A stretch of 63,059 nt of DNA, filler included, from Collodictyon triciliatum (lineage: Eukaryota), in NCBI GenBank assembly GCA_043381765.1. It is 9 parts of 9 records of this genome, joined end to end, with 100 filler letters (N's around TTAATTAATTAA, not from the genome) between each part and the next. Parts side by side here need not be neighbours in the genome. Positions count along the whole stretch, not along the records: positions 14,037 to 20,962 come from JBHJMP010004162.1; positions 21,063 to 27,984 come from JBHJMP010004163.1; positions 28,085 to 34,999 come from JBHJMP010004164.1; 6 more parts are not named here. One strand, 5' to 3'. Shown here one piece after another: positions 17,087 to 29,410 of this stretch (within the stretch, counting starts at the first letter, position 1; each line of letters opens with the position of its first letter). Under the pieces are notes generated by a model. It searched no databases. It saw only the letters and a list, made by a program, of their open reading frames with translations, and had not been told where the DNA came from. Made by a program: the position numbers and the translations under genes.

Positions 17087-17236
17087 TCTGACCAACTTGC
17101 TATCATTAATTTCTTTCTAGTGCTAGCCCTTCCATGGCAGGGTCTTCTCGCGTTTGCTCCGTTCCATAGATACCTATCTCGCCCCTTGTATGGCATAACC
17201 TCCCAGCACTTTGAATCGAATAAAGGTTAAAAAAAT
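17087..17236 (+). mobile_element. 5'-truncated LINE family A 3' end
   Basis: Degenerate DQLAIINFF coding end, the 3' UTR TCGCGTTTGCTC...GTATGGCATAACCTC and the terminus CACTTTGAATCGAATAAAGG, matching 53518-53725. Confidence 0.85.
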
Positions 17237-17466
17237 ATTTTTTTTCCCTTTTAATTTGTGCAAGATTATAAATGTTTTGGCTTTGGTTCTCTAGCCATCA
17301 TTTGCATTGACGCTACTTGGTGGCCGGGTGGCGGAGAAGTAGTCGGTAATCAGGAATTGTATCCTGCAGTTTGGCCTGTAGTCTGGGTCTTGTGCTTGCA
17401 TGAGAGATACAAGGCGAAGTTGAATCTCTTTCTCGGCTTCCTTCCACATGTCTCTTCTCACAGAGT
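17237..17466 (-). mobile_element. 5'-truncated LINE family B 3' end (copy 1)
   Basis: The reverse strand encodes RRDMWKEAEKEIQLRLVSLMQAQDPDYRPNCRIQFLITDYFSATRPP, similar to the family A ORF2 C-terminus. Tail TCTTGCACAAATTAAAAGGG-A(n). Homologous to 43470-43568 and 54941-55165. Confidence 0.75.
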
Positions 17467-17886
17467 TAATCAGTTGAACCTATAAACTTTAAGGAATCGG
17501 TAACTAATAGGTATTTATTTCTTCATTATTTTTTGCATTTTTAATCGATAAAGAAAACTTAGGGTGTGTATTGCTTGCCGCAGAAGAAAATCAGAGCGTT
17601 GATTTAATCCTTTGAATCATAGGACACCGCAGATTTTGAGGCTAGATGATTTCCAATTCCATCAATAAGCATATGAAAAGGGCATACCTGGATTGGACGA
17701 AAGACAAGAAAAGTCATTAAGGAGAATATCCCAAAATATTTCAACAAAAGCTCGCTGACATGCAGTCATGATTGGAGACTATTTAGAATTTTGGAGGTAA
17801 TTTAAGAAATTATATATTACAGGTATTGTCTTCATGTAAACTGTTTCCTAAAATAGACGATGATAGTAATATATATACCCATAATT

Positions 17887-17950
17887 ATGATACGCCAACA
17901 AACATATTTGAATCGAATAAAGGGAAAAAAAATGATACGCCAACAAACAT
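17887..17950 (+). mobile_element. Tail-only (26 bp) insertion of LINE family A with a perfect 19-bp TSD
   Basis: ATGATACGCCAACAAACAT at 17887-17905 and 17932-17950 flanks ATTTGAATCGAATAAAGGGAAAAAAA. Confidence 0.88.
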
Positions 17951-19460
17951 TTTGATTTTGGATACTTCTACGTAAAAAAAAGAGTATAAGCCAAAATTTT
18001 AGAAAATTTACAACTCAACCATTTAAATTATTTCTAAATTTTAATTGTTCTCGTCATACCAGGAATTCAGGTGCTAATGGGATAAAAACCCCTGGTTTTT
18101 TATGTTGTTTTGATTTACAGGCAAGTATGGGATTTTATCTACATCCATAACACAGGCAAAAATACATTGCAGTCCAGTATTTCTGGTAAATTCATTTGGA
18201 GTCGTCTATCCTCTAAAAAAAATTATCCGGTTATAAGGAAAGGATATTTGTGTGACTCAAGTATTAAGATAGTTTTTATTTTCTCTTGGAGAAAGGAAAA
18301 GGGTAGATACAGCAAGACGGAGGATGGTCCTTCAGTATTTGATAGGTAGACCCTTCCAGAGGGTTCCCTAGGTGCTATTTCATTTAGAAATACTCCCTAT
18401 GTTCCTGGATTTTTCCAGAGCTTCTAGAATGTAGATGTAATTTACAGAATTGATAATTTTATATGATATATACCTAGAATGTAAAAGTTTCAAGAATCCT
18501 TGTAAAAAGGGCGTTTGTTACACCGGCCTATGAAAAGATTTGATGCAGGAATGTCAATTAATTTTTTTTGTACATTGGCAGTAGCTAATATGGCCCAAAA
18601 CTTGGCAGAAAAAAAGTATAATATGCACATACTTTGAAGTTAAAATAAGATCTCCTCTTTTTTCTATAGAAAATCTGAAAAATAATAAGATGGATACCAT
18701 CTTAAATATAAACATATAATTTTAGGATACGGAAAGTTGCAGATGCCGTATATTGTATTCTAACATTCTAGTTCTGGTTCTGGTTTCTGTTTCTGTTTCT
18801 GTTTCTTTAATTTTATTTTATTTATTTTATTTATTTTATTTATTTATTTATTTTATTTATTTTATTTATTTTATTTATTTTATTTATTTTATTTATTTTA
18901 TTTATTTTATTTATTTTATTGGGCATGCCCCATTCCAAAAGAGAGAGAGAAATCAGATAGAATTTTATATTTCAGTTTTGGGTTGAATACAAATTTCTAA
19001 ATGGTCATTAGGCATATTTATTGAGTGGTAAATACACTAATCACTCGCTTCTTGAAAGTATGGCTTTGAGAAAAGTTTTTCATGTTTCTGTTTCTTTTAT
19101 TCCGAGAAAAATCACACTTTTCGATTCAAATCAGTTTCCTGAAATATGTTTCAACCACTTACCTTTCCTCTACAATACTAATTTTAATATTAAAAAAACA
19201 TACACATTCACACTTTAGTCGCTTTTGCGGTGATAAGACTGGCCTCTCAGCTTTCCATGCAAGTTCACGTTTCCTATGGTCTTTTCTACGCTGCGGTTGT
19301 TTTTGAGAATCTGGGACTTGAGTATTGGGGATCTATATACCAACAAGAAGCGATGGCGTAAGGGAGAAAAACTTTAATATGAGATATTAAACTTAATATA
19401 TAGATATATAGTCGATTAAAAAATCGGTGAACATAATAATACTCAACACGAAGAAACAAC

Positions 19461-19538
19461 AACCTCAATTCTTTCCTTCCCCACTGTCCTGTACAAAAAT
19501 TGAAAGGAAGAATAAAAAAAACCTCAATTCTTTCCTTC
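19461..19538 (+). mobile_element. Tail-only (40 bp) insertion of LINE family B with a 19-bp TSD
   Basis: AACCTCAATTCTTTCCTTC at 19461-19479 and 19520-19538 flanks ...TCCTGTACAAAAATTGAAAGGAAGAAT-A(n). Confidence 0.82.
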
Positions 19539-21199
19539 TAGGAGATTGGATACATTTGAGGAAAAATATAGCGTTTTCTTTAGGACAAGGGCTGTGTTTA
19601 TCCTTAGTATGATGAAAGGAAATTTTGAAGGGGCTTACAAAGCGTTTGACTTTGACCCTTTGAGACCAAACGATTATGGAGAAAAGTAATTTAATACACA
19701 GCAAAAAAAAAAAAAAAAGACTCTTATTCATGCCCTTAATCGAATCTCTCAAGACTCTATGATGAAGTTTGATAGAATACATAACAAAATGCACCTTTAC
19801 AATTTTCAGGATTTTAGTTTCAACCGAGACAGCACTCTCTTCCATCACATCGATTTTGTACTACTCATCAAACTTTTCATTGGCGTATAAAGTGGCACAG
19901 GAACTCGAGGGTATGGGATTGTGCGAGTTTTCATTTATCTTGTCCATATATTCGTAGTGGCTTACGCTATCTCTCTCCTCTTCTTTGTCAGAACCCTCAT
20001 CACGAGTAAATATTAAGGATATCTATATAGACGACATAAATAATCCGCTAAATAGCCTCCATATGTTAACCAGGCTTGGCTAGAAAGAAGGATAATGTAA
20101 TATTGGAACTATCTGCGATAGGAATAGAAGTTTTATCCTCGTACAAACTTGGAAAGTTTCAGGATTGTCGCGAATTACTGTCGCGAATAGGTGTGTATCC
20201 AATTCGGCTTCCTCGATAGTAGTGTGTTCCATTTCATAATCACCCTTGATTATTCATCCATACTTATGATTTTTTTTTCCATTCCGTTGTTTCTTTTCAA
20301 GATTATCGCAATGCCACATCTGACCCTGCACTACAAATATCCTTTCTTTCCGCGGCGGCTGCGCTATTCTTTCGCGAGGGAAACATGAGCAAATGCCTCG
20401 AGCTGCTGCAAAGTGCATTTTCGTTTATGAAGCAGCAACAAGTAACTGCAGAATCTCTTTAGTAATGATGTGTTTGCACAATGCGTATAAAATGAGCCTT
20501 TGAAAGAAATGCGGAGGATAATTGTAAGGGTGTACATAACCGTATCATTACGTGTAACCGAGCAATACAACATAATTTAATTAATCGTAGTTGGGAGCCA
20601 ATATTTCGTACATCCGAGCGTTCGGAACGTACTTGGGTACCATCTTGGAAGTATGGCAATTTTGTGTATCGCGTAAGCTCGATACTATGGCAAAGAGCCG
20701 CAGATTCAACCCTGTCCACTGCCAAGCGGGTCGCCTCTCGTACTTGTACGAAGGATTAAACGGTGTGTGAATACTCCTCAAAACAAAACAAAACAAAACA
20801 AAACAAAACAAAACAAAACAAAACAAAACAAAACAAAACAAAGAAGCAACACCAACCAACTCATGACTTTGCGCTTTCCTCTGTCAACACTACAATCGCT
20901 TGATGCGCATAATAACATCTAACGTCTGCTAGTTGTTGTGGACGAAGAGACCATCGGTCAACNNNNNNNNNNNNNNNNNNNNNNNNNNNNNNNNNNNNNN
21001 NNNNNNTTAATTAATTAANNNNNNNNNNNNNNNNNNNNNNNNNNNNNNNNNNNNNNNNNNNNTCTACTGTCCCATCGCAGCTGTCAGCACAAGCTAAAAA
21101 AAAAAAAAAGAAGAAGAGAAAAGAAGAAAAGTAAAGTCCATGGAACGAGAATCCAGCCGCCCCAAGACAGCCGACAGGTGAGCGTAGGCATATTACTTG

Positions 21200-23090
21200 C
21201 ATCAGCAGAGGCTCGCTGAAATCCATCTACTTTTGAATTGTATAGCGAACGAGCCGAAAGGGATGCTGTTGGACCAACAGCACGAGCGCACCGACCAGCA
21301 ACAGCAACCTCGTATTCTCCTCAGTCAGGGGCGAAGAAACTTGGAAGCCTTCGCGGCTCTCCTTTGACCAAATCACCGAGTTCCAAAGATATCACTCCCC
21401 GATCACTCACGGGTAGACGGATCGACTCCAGGAACGAGCCTCTTCATCAGGTCGTGGACAAGGACCAGGCCTATAGTTCAAAAAGTCTGGCGACGCGGGC
21501 ATTCAGAAAAATCGAAGGATCTATTAACGTTGTATGTGTGTAAAACAATCCATCTCATAAGCCTTTTTCGAGTGAAGAGGATAACACCTCAGCGTATTTT
21601 GCTTGAATTGAACAGAAATGCGTATAATTATGTTATATCGTCTGTTTGCAGAGTGACATGATGTTGTTTATTATCAGTTTATTCTTTTATATGTTTTCAG
21701 ATATGTAACCACTTTGAAGAGGTTGATAAAAAAGTAGAAAAAGGGTGCCTTGTTTACTCTAATTTCCTTCTTGCTCTGCAAGATCGTGAACTGGGAGTGG
21801 TATATCAGAAGAATAATATTATTCATTACAACTCATGTATATAATATACTTATACATTACTTACATAATACATCATCTGAAATATTAATATTTGCATTAT
21901 TATATGGAATTATACAGCTAGGCGATTATAGAAGGCGCCTCACAAAAAACATCCAATCAAATGAAAATCGAATCCCCAGTATACGCGTATTGTTGAAAGC
22001 ACTGCAATTTATTCGCTTCCGTATGAGCCAATCGGCGGAAGCACCAACATCTGCAAAGGATGCACTTTTAAAATATGTCCCTTTACATACAATATCACAA
22101 GTTATTCGTTTCACTACTATCCCAAAGAGCAGTTTCTACGATCCAAGGCAGATTCATATACCAAATATCAATTTCTTTCTTCCCGACAAAATAACTTATT
22201 CGAAGGACATGACCAATCGCCATGACTCGGTATCCCGGGAGTTCACCCCGATTGAGTTTGATTACAATTCGGTATCAAAGCCCAGGAAGTCTTATGGCCT
22301 ATGCGCTTATCGCACGAATGACTTGGATATGCCTTCTGGTTTCTCAATCAATCCGATGACAGGCCATGTTTACGTCTCTGACACAAAAAATCATCGTATA
22401 AGGGTGCTTTCTGCTGATTTGCAGTATATCGCCACGTTCGGAGATAAAGGCGCTCCGGGAGACAGAGTGCAGAGTCCTATGGAACTAACCATCTCTCCCA
22501 ATGGAGAGCGTGTGGCAGTAAAGACAATGTCCCATATATTAGTTTTATACAATCGTCGTGGCCAACTTATCCGAAGGATAGATGGGAGGTCGCTGCCTCC
22601 AGCATATGTGTTTTCCTGTATTAAACATATCGCATTCGATAGTCACAATCATCTGTACGTTTTCGGATGCTATGACATGAACGTCCGAATGTTTTCGGTG
22701 GATGGGGAGTATATGGATTCATTCCCCATCCCTGTTGAAAAACAAGGTGATGTAGTTGAAGGGGTCATTATCGACGGCTATGACAATATAATTTATGGGC
22801 TGAACCCAAGTCGAAAAATTATTGTCTGTACAATCAGAGGTGAGAAAATTAAATCCATTCCGCACAAAATAAAGGGGTTCGTGTCTCAAATAACCAGAGG
22901 ACCGCGGAATGGATATTTGGTTGCATCGAGACTCACTTTTGGCCAATCCATAGACTCTGTTTACTTCTGCAACTCTAAATTCCAAATACTCAAGGAACTT
23001 ACACTCATGAATGGGCGCTATGTTGCAATATCGCCAGGTGGCCGGTTTTACGTGCTCAAGCCAACAAATAATTGCATCGAGATGTACTGA
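21200..23090 (+). CDS. NHL-repeat six-bladed beta-propeller protein; 5' exon structure uncertain
   Basis: Long terminal exon with LDMPSGFSINPMTGHVYVSDTKNHRIRVL...FGDKG, IAFDSHNHLYV and VAISPGGRFYV...NNCIEMY*. Confidence 0.85.
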
Positions 23091-23746
23091 TTTATGTTGC
23101 TTCGACACTAAAACAAAAAAAAAATCAGGGATGTCTTCAGAAGAGAATAAAACGCCTGTGAAATACCATAAAATATAAAAGAGAAAGCGTAATGGGATAA
23201 AAGAAACAAGCATTACAGGCCATCTTAACTTGTCAAAGTTTTTATTCGCTTCCTACTATGAGAATGTATTTCCATAATAATGATGAAAAATAAAAGAAAA
23301 GCAATTGCTATATTGTCTCGAGTACCAAAAAGTTCCTGTTCAAGAGGAAAGTGCGGTCTACGGCAGTATACCCGTTACATTGAACTTTATGACGGTATTG
23401 TGTGAATGATATCGATAAACATGTAAATGAATGAGGCGGCCTGTGCAGGATGAGCATGACATAGTATTTATTGAAAAGTTGTGAAAGAATAGAAAACGAC
23501 AGGTGTATGTTGATGTTTTATCTTAAATTACAGAGTGACGAAGTAAGCAGGGCGTGAAATGGTATATAAAAAGAGTATGGAACGCGTGTCCCTGTTGTCA
23601 GCTTTCAGATGTATACCTAGCTTGGAGATGATTCTAGTACCGACACATGCAAAACAAACGGGACTCGCAATAATGAATTCCTAAACATTAGGAAAAGGGG
23701 TTGGCAAGGTATTTGGTCTCGAGATACTCAAAGCGACTTAGTATTA

Positions 23747-26237
23747 TTAATCGCTTTGGGCCTGTTCAGAGACCGCAGAGTCATCGTAGTATCTGTAAGA
23801 GTCGCTATCTATCTCACTAGAGGGTGCCAGGCCCGGTTTCTTTTCTCGAATCTTTTTAGCATATTCTGTAGCCTACGAAAGAGAGCATCATACAAATCAG
23901 TATCTTTGTTTGACTACTTGATGGTTTTCTTTTGAGTATCTGAAGCTTTCAATTAGGATTTTTTTTTTCAGATAATTTATTATGGCAAGTGTGGAAAACC
24001 TTAATTCTTGCTTGTGCTTTCTCTAACTTTGCCTGGTTTTGTTTCAATTCCAACTCTTTCTTTTCTTCTTCTGAGAGAACATGGACAAGGCCTCGTAAAT
24101 TTCGAGAGTATTCTTTTCGTTTTTCAAGTATGGCTTTCTGCATTTCAGTAGAGAATGTGGTCATAAATTAAGTTTTGGCAATTTGAAGAGCGGGAAAAAA
24201 AATTAAGAAATGATAAGGTTGTACTCATATATCAATGTGAATAAAATTAACCTTTTGAACAAGCTCTTCCGAACTTAAGTCAGGTCCTAACTTCCCAAGC
24301 TCGACATATTTTTTCTTGTGCTCTGGGTACTTTTCTTTGAACTCAGATACAGATATGGGTTTGTACTGAGCAAGTTTTCTAGGCTCTCCAATTCCACCAT
24401 TTGAAGCGTTCTCTAAGGAACTGGGGAGTTTCTCAGCCATTTCCCCTGTTGGTCGATGACGACGTCCGTGAGAAGGGTTGTATTGGACTTGAAGCTGTTG
24501 TGGCTGCTGTACTTGATGTTGAATTTGGGATGCGTAATGATTTGGCCGCGCTTGCATTGGTGGTTCTATCTGTACCATTGTCCGTGGTTGCTGATAAAAG
24601 CTGTATTGAATTTCGTCACTAAATCCATCCAGATTGTAGCCTTCTTCCTCTATGACAGGCTCGAAGTAATTATAGTTGGGAGCAATGTACTGCTGGCTTT
24701 CATAATCATGACTTTGACTTACATATCTTTCATCGGTATTGTAGTGAACTTGCGCTGTATTTTCATATTGGTAGTATACATGTTGGTCGTTGTAGCCATA
24801 TGGGTTGAGGTTTTGTGTTTGTGAATGCGCAGCAGGGTAGTATATATCATCAACAAAATAAGGCTGCTGAAGGCTTTGGTTCTGATATGGTATTTGCAAC
24901 GATTCTGTAGGGAATGTGGGTTCATAGTACAGTTGAGGTGGGATGATGTGAGGTTCTGGTGCCATGTATGTTTTCGGATTGTGATCGGATGAAGGCTTTC
25001 CATAATTCACCTGCATTTCTGTTGGTTGAGCAGTTTTCGATTGCATATATGATAATTCTGGCGCAGAATATGGTACACGGGTGTAGTTTCCATGGAAGTT
25101 TGCCTGCCTATCCCCATTTAAGCGCTGAGGGTTTCTGTTTTGCGTCTCATTCGGTATAATTGAGGTTTCTTGAGACAAGCTCGGTCGAGACATACTATCC
25201 TGTGGCCTTCTTCTCCCGGCCTTAGCGATGTTACCAGGGGTATTTTTTCCTTGTGTGTGGATCTGTGATAAAGGAATAATAATTTGATTTTCTTTTCAAT
25301 ATTGACATGTCCTTTTTTATTTTATTTCTGATGGAGGGTCTTCATTAAAAAAAAAAAAAAAAACATATTTCGAGATAGACAAATAACAAGGTCGTGAGTG
25401 GGTGTATAATTTGTGACATATTTGTACGATACTTACATCTTCATGAGGTGGAGGTGTTTGCTCAGCCCCGGCACGTCTTCCCCTATGAAAATGAAATATA
25501 AGTGAAGAAAAGAAATCGACTGATACATACCCTGCTGTATTTAGTCTTTGTATTAATGGGGAAAAAAACATTGAACAATTCAAAAAGTAAATAGAAGAGA
25601 AATGAAACGAAATAGTTAGCTCGATGCTGGGAATTTTCGGATTGGCAGAAAGATTTGAGGTTATCTTGACCCAATACATTTTTGGAACGTGATTTGGAGC
25701 TGCCGGTTTCAATTGTTCGTGGTTATGACTATTTGCTTGGTTGATATGGTAGGCCATGTTCGAATTAGAGGCAGACATTGCATTAAACTCCGAGACCTGA
25801 TTACCGCTCCCAATCAGCGAGCCATCCCGCCCAATAACAGAGAGCTTATCCTGATACTGTTTTGGAGGACAGTCAAGAATGTGAAGTAAATATTGAGACA
25901 ATAGAAATAGGAGGGGGAATATTGTAAAAAAAAAAAATGTTTGTATACTGTTGCTATGGATAGCGGACCAAAGCCAAACCCCCATCTTTTATAAATTGAG
26001 CGAAAGAATAATTAAAATAAAAATATGATGAAGATAAAGAATAATAAATGTTGTTATGGTGATCACTACATCAGCACTATTAAAAACAGCACTATTCAAA
26101 GTGATAAGATGTCTTGAATTCTTTCTCAAGGAAAAGCCTTATTTACTTTTGCCTATCAGAAGAAAAGTTAAGAAGAAAAAGTGACCCACTCGCTCTTTAA
26201 AGTTAGATGCCTTCTGGTGGCTCCTACTGTTTGACAT
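23747..26237 (-). CDS. JHY-like protein (ciliary Jhy/C11orf63 C-terminal domain) with a Q/P/Y-rich low-complexity region, multi-exon
   Basis: YKPISVSEFK...VELGKLGPDL...RKEYSRNLR...K|ATEYAKKI recalls the JHY domain (LGGLGPD...QKEYA...KALEYAK). ATG at 26237, TAA at 23747-23749. Assignment is from recalled motifs only. Confidence 0.6.
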
Positions 26238-26588
26238 TTCCGCTTCGCAGGCCTCGCCCAAGAGTGTGTCTCGTTCTGTTTTGTTTTGCTTTCTTGTCGT
26301 TCCTGTTAGAGCAATAAGAAAAAAGGTACTTGTCAAGTCGGAGTGTAACTGGCTTTGTGCTAAGCCAAGCAACCCAAGATATCCCTCCCTCACAATCTCA
26401 GATCCTCGAGCGATCATCACCGCAGCTTTGCAGCGCTCGTGCAGCACACGGAGACGAAACACACAGCGCAACAGATAAGGAGAGAGAGAGAGAGAAGTTT
26501 TGCTGCAGATTCGCGATCCATGGTTTATTAGCCGTTATATCATCCTAATCTGGAGTGTTTGGCCAGCCCTCTGTGGCGGCGGGGTGCT

Positions 26589-27840
26589 TCACTCGGCCAT
26601 CGCTGTTTGTCCCTTGGACACGCTTTCCTGGAAGTAGAGTTGGAGCTGGAGGCGGCGGGCGGTTTTGCGGGTGGGTCAGTGAAGAGAGGTTGCGAGTATT
26701 GTTAGGTTTCGTAGGAAAAGAAAAAAGGCATTATTAGGATGTACATAAGTGTGTATGTGCATGTGGATGTGGAGGATGCCGCCGCGATTTTTTAGGTCGT
26801 ACAGTGAATATTTTGAGGTTGGAATCCCAGTCAGTGTAGAACTTCCCCTCCGAGGTGTCGATCTTGCGCTTGGGGATTTTGAAGCCGACTGTTTCATACG
26901 GATCCGCAGCGAACACAACGTATCTGATTATTATTATTATTCAGAGAATGCACGCCATTATTTTATGATCGTAAATATATTATGTTACTATTAAAGCTTA
27001 TTTTCTTTTCTCTTTTCTATTTACTATTTTGCTTGGCCTAGGAGTCATATGTGGACTTGAATATAAATGACGCTAACTGAGTAGATCTCGGTAGACAAGA
27101 GAGAGAGGTAGAGTTCAAGGAATCCAAATCACGTCCTTACTGATAGTTTGGATCGGGAGCCTCCACTTTCTGCTCGTATGCATTCACAATACGATGACGC
27201 GGCTGGATTCCGTGGGAGATTTCGGGATACTCGATGCGGAATAACAGGCAGTTTTGCTTGGACTCGGGGTCATATTGCTTGATCACTCGGTAACCTGGCT
27301 TCCCGATTCTCTCAGCCGCGTTCTTTTTCAACGGATTTTTGCTTCGGCTGATGCTAGAACATCGACATTTGTTTTGTTTTGTATTATTTTGTATGGATAA
27401 AGCGATTATATTCTTTTGATTGGTACCAAGCGATGGATAATCATAGTGGTAATCGCACATAGCGCCGTAGTCTTTTTTTTGTTTTGTTTTGTTTGCATTT
27501 TAGAATATATATATTTGAATTGATCAACAAAACATACGGAGCGGGCTGGATGGGATTTGCTTGTGCGTCCTTGGCAGCTGGGTTGACATTAAAAAAAAAT
27601 CAGTCCCTCTAAAGACATGAAAATGTTGCTGTTCTATTTATTTTTAGGACACATGTATGAGGAATACTTGGCTTTATTCGTGAATTATTGTTGTATTTAT
27701 GTATAAAGACCTCTTCTCGCAAGGTTTGTTTGGTGTCTTTTTCCTTGCGTGTGAGCCAAGTAGTTTCCTTCGTTATTATGCAATGTCAAGCAGAGGCGGC
27801 ATTCGTACGTGCCCAAGTGGTTTCGCATAAAGTAAGGGTC
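26589..27840 (-). CDS. SF3A2: Splicing factor 3A subunit 2 (SF3a66/PRP11), 5' partial
   Basis: PYFMRNHLGTYECRLCLTLHNNEGNYLAHTQGKRHQTNLARR; RIGKPGYRVIKQYDP; PRHRIVNAYEQKVE; FAADPYETVGFKIP; ends LQLYFQESVSKGQTAMAE*. Confidence 0.95.
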
Positions 27841-28084
27841 CTATGATTAGGATGGTTGTCATGTTTGTCAGTCATTCGATGGGCTATATATAGATATGTA
27901 AAGTTGGGGGGGGGGGGGGGGGGGGGGCGCCGCCGGGGAAAAAAAGACAAGAGTATTAGTGATTGTGGGGGGGGTGAGAAAAAANNNNNNNNNNNNNNNN
28001 NNNNNNNNNNNNNNNNNNNNNNNNNNNNTTAATTAATTAANNNNNNNNNNNNNNNNNNNNNNNNNNNNNNNNNNNNNNNNNNNN

Positions 28085-29410
28085 TCTACCAACTACCGCT
28101 GGACGTGTGGCCGCAACTCCTTCGTGAGGAGCTGAAGCCGTTCAGACCGACCCACGTGGAGATCAAAAAGGACAAAGGCTTCTTCACAGACACGGCCGTG
28201 GTGAAGCTTCTCTGTCACAAAAACCAGCTCCCTGCAAAGTTTACGGTCATGGGTAAGAAGTGTCCAAAGCGCATCCTCAAAGAGCGTCCGCCAGTTGCGA
28301 ATAACGAACGACAAGTAAAAGCCCCGCAAAAGATTACACCCGCCAGGCAGACAAGCAGCAACGGGGTCAAGGAAGCCAAGGCCAGGCAACAACGGAGTCC
28401 GCAAGACTCACAGCAGATACGCGCATGCAGCGACAAGGACAATGACATGGAAGGAAATCTCGGTTCCTCTTCAGAATCCTCGCACTCGAGCCCCTTCTCC
28501 ATAGCCAACACCGGACAAGCCCGTACATCGCGAGACCCAATAGCAGCGCATCTCCAAACCCCGAAAGAAATACCCACTTAAACTACCCATTCAGACTGAC
28601 GTGAATATTGTTAACATAGGAGGCCTCAAGGCAGTCTTCGTTACTTATCCGAAAGGATACTCCAAAGCGAAGCAACACAAGAACCAGCGCCCACCAAAGA
28701 TAGGCCGTTTCCCCTGCCCCAGCCCGTCTCATCGAGAACCAAGGAGCAAGAGCAAACACCACAAGTCGAATCCAAGCTTGGAACTTCACACACCAAAGAC
28801 AGCCCGAGCAAGCAGGAACGAATGTTTTTAAAACCACAAACGCGTATCCATAATCCAGTTAAGCAAAGTCCACTGCCGCTACACATGGTTCCGAAACCAG
28901 GGGACGGTCAAGCGCCACTTCCGATAATACCAGACAAACAACGATGCATCGCTTTTTGTCTGAGTCGCCCAGCAAGAAACGCAAGGAAAGTGACCCGTTG
29001 TCCCCTCAAAAGACTCATCCAGTGGAATGAAATAGGATGTAAACAAGTCTGGGATAGACGGTTGAAAGGACTCGTCAGAATCGATTTGAGAAGTAACTGC
29101 CATGTGCGTACTATCATCGACCCGACAACTTTATCTGCTTTTCTGTCAGTCTCGAATACAACCAGAAATCGCGTTGAAGCTGATTCACCTTGGGTAGAAT
29201 AGTTTGCGTGTGAGAACATTTTCTCTCCTTTCTATTTTCTTTTTCTCTTTCCTTTTCTTTCTTTCCACCCAAAACACAAAACCTCCAACCACACAATCCG
29301 GGGTTTTCCACTGTCTTGTCCACAGCTCATTTCTTGTCCTAGAGGCGAAGGCGGTTTCCTCGGCTTTGTTTTCTCTCAATAAACTGTTGAAAAGAAACCA
29401 AAAAAAATAA
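28085..29410 (+). mobile_element. Interspersed repeat family C (copy 2): degenerate ORF1-like protein plus 3' region, 5' end in the gap
   Basis: GC-rich, intronless, frameshifted ORF (YQLPLDVWPQLLREELKPF...FTDTAVVKL..., then S/P/K-rich) ending QTTMHRFLSESPSKKRK...PVE*. The 3' part is repeated at 13410-13936 and 34190-34330. Confidence 0.65.

Noticed and set aside
19540-20780. Protein-like fragments on the minus strand (possible transposase relic or terminal exon)
   Set aside because: Interrupted by stops, with no recognisable catalytic motif or consistent splice model.
28601-28640. NIVNIGGL resembling an APE endonuclease start
   Set aside because: No downstream QET or GVA motifs follow, so it is probably a chance match.
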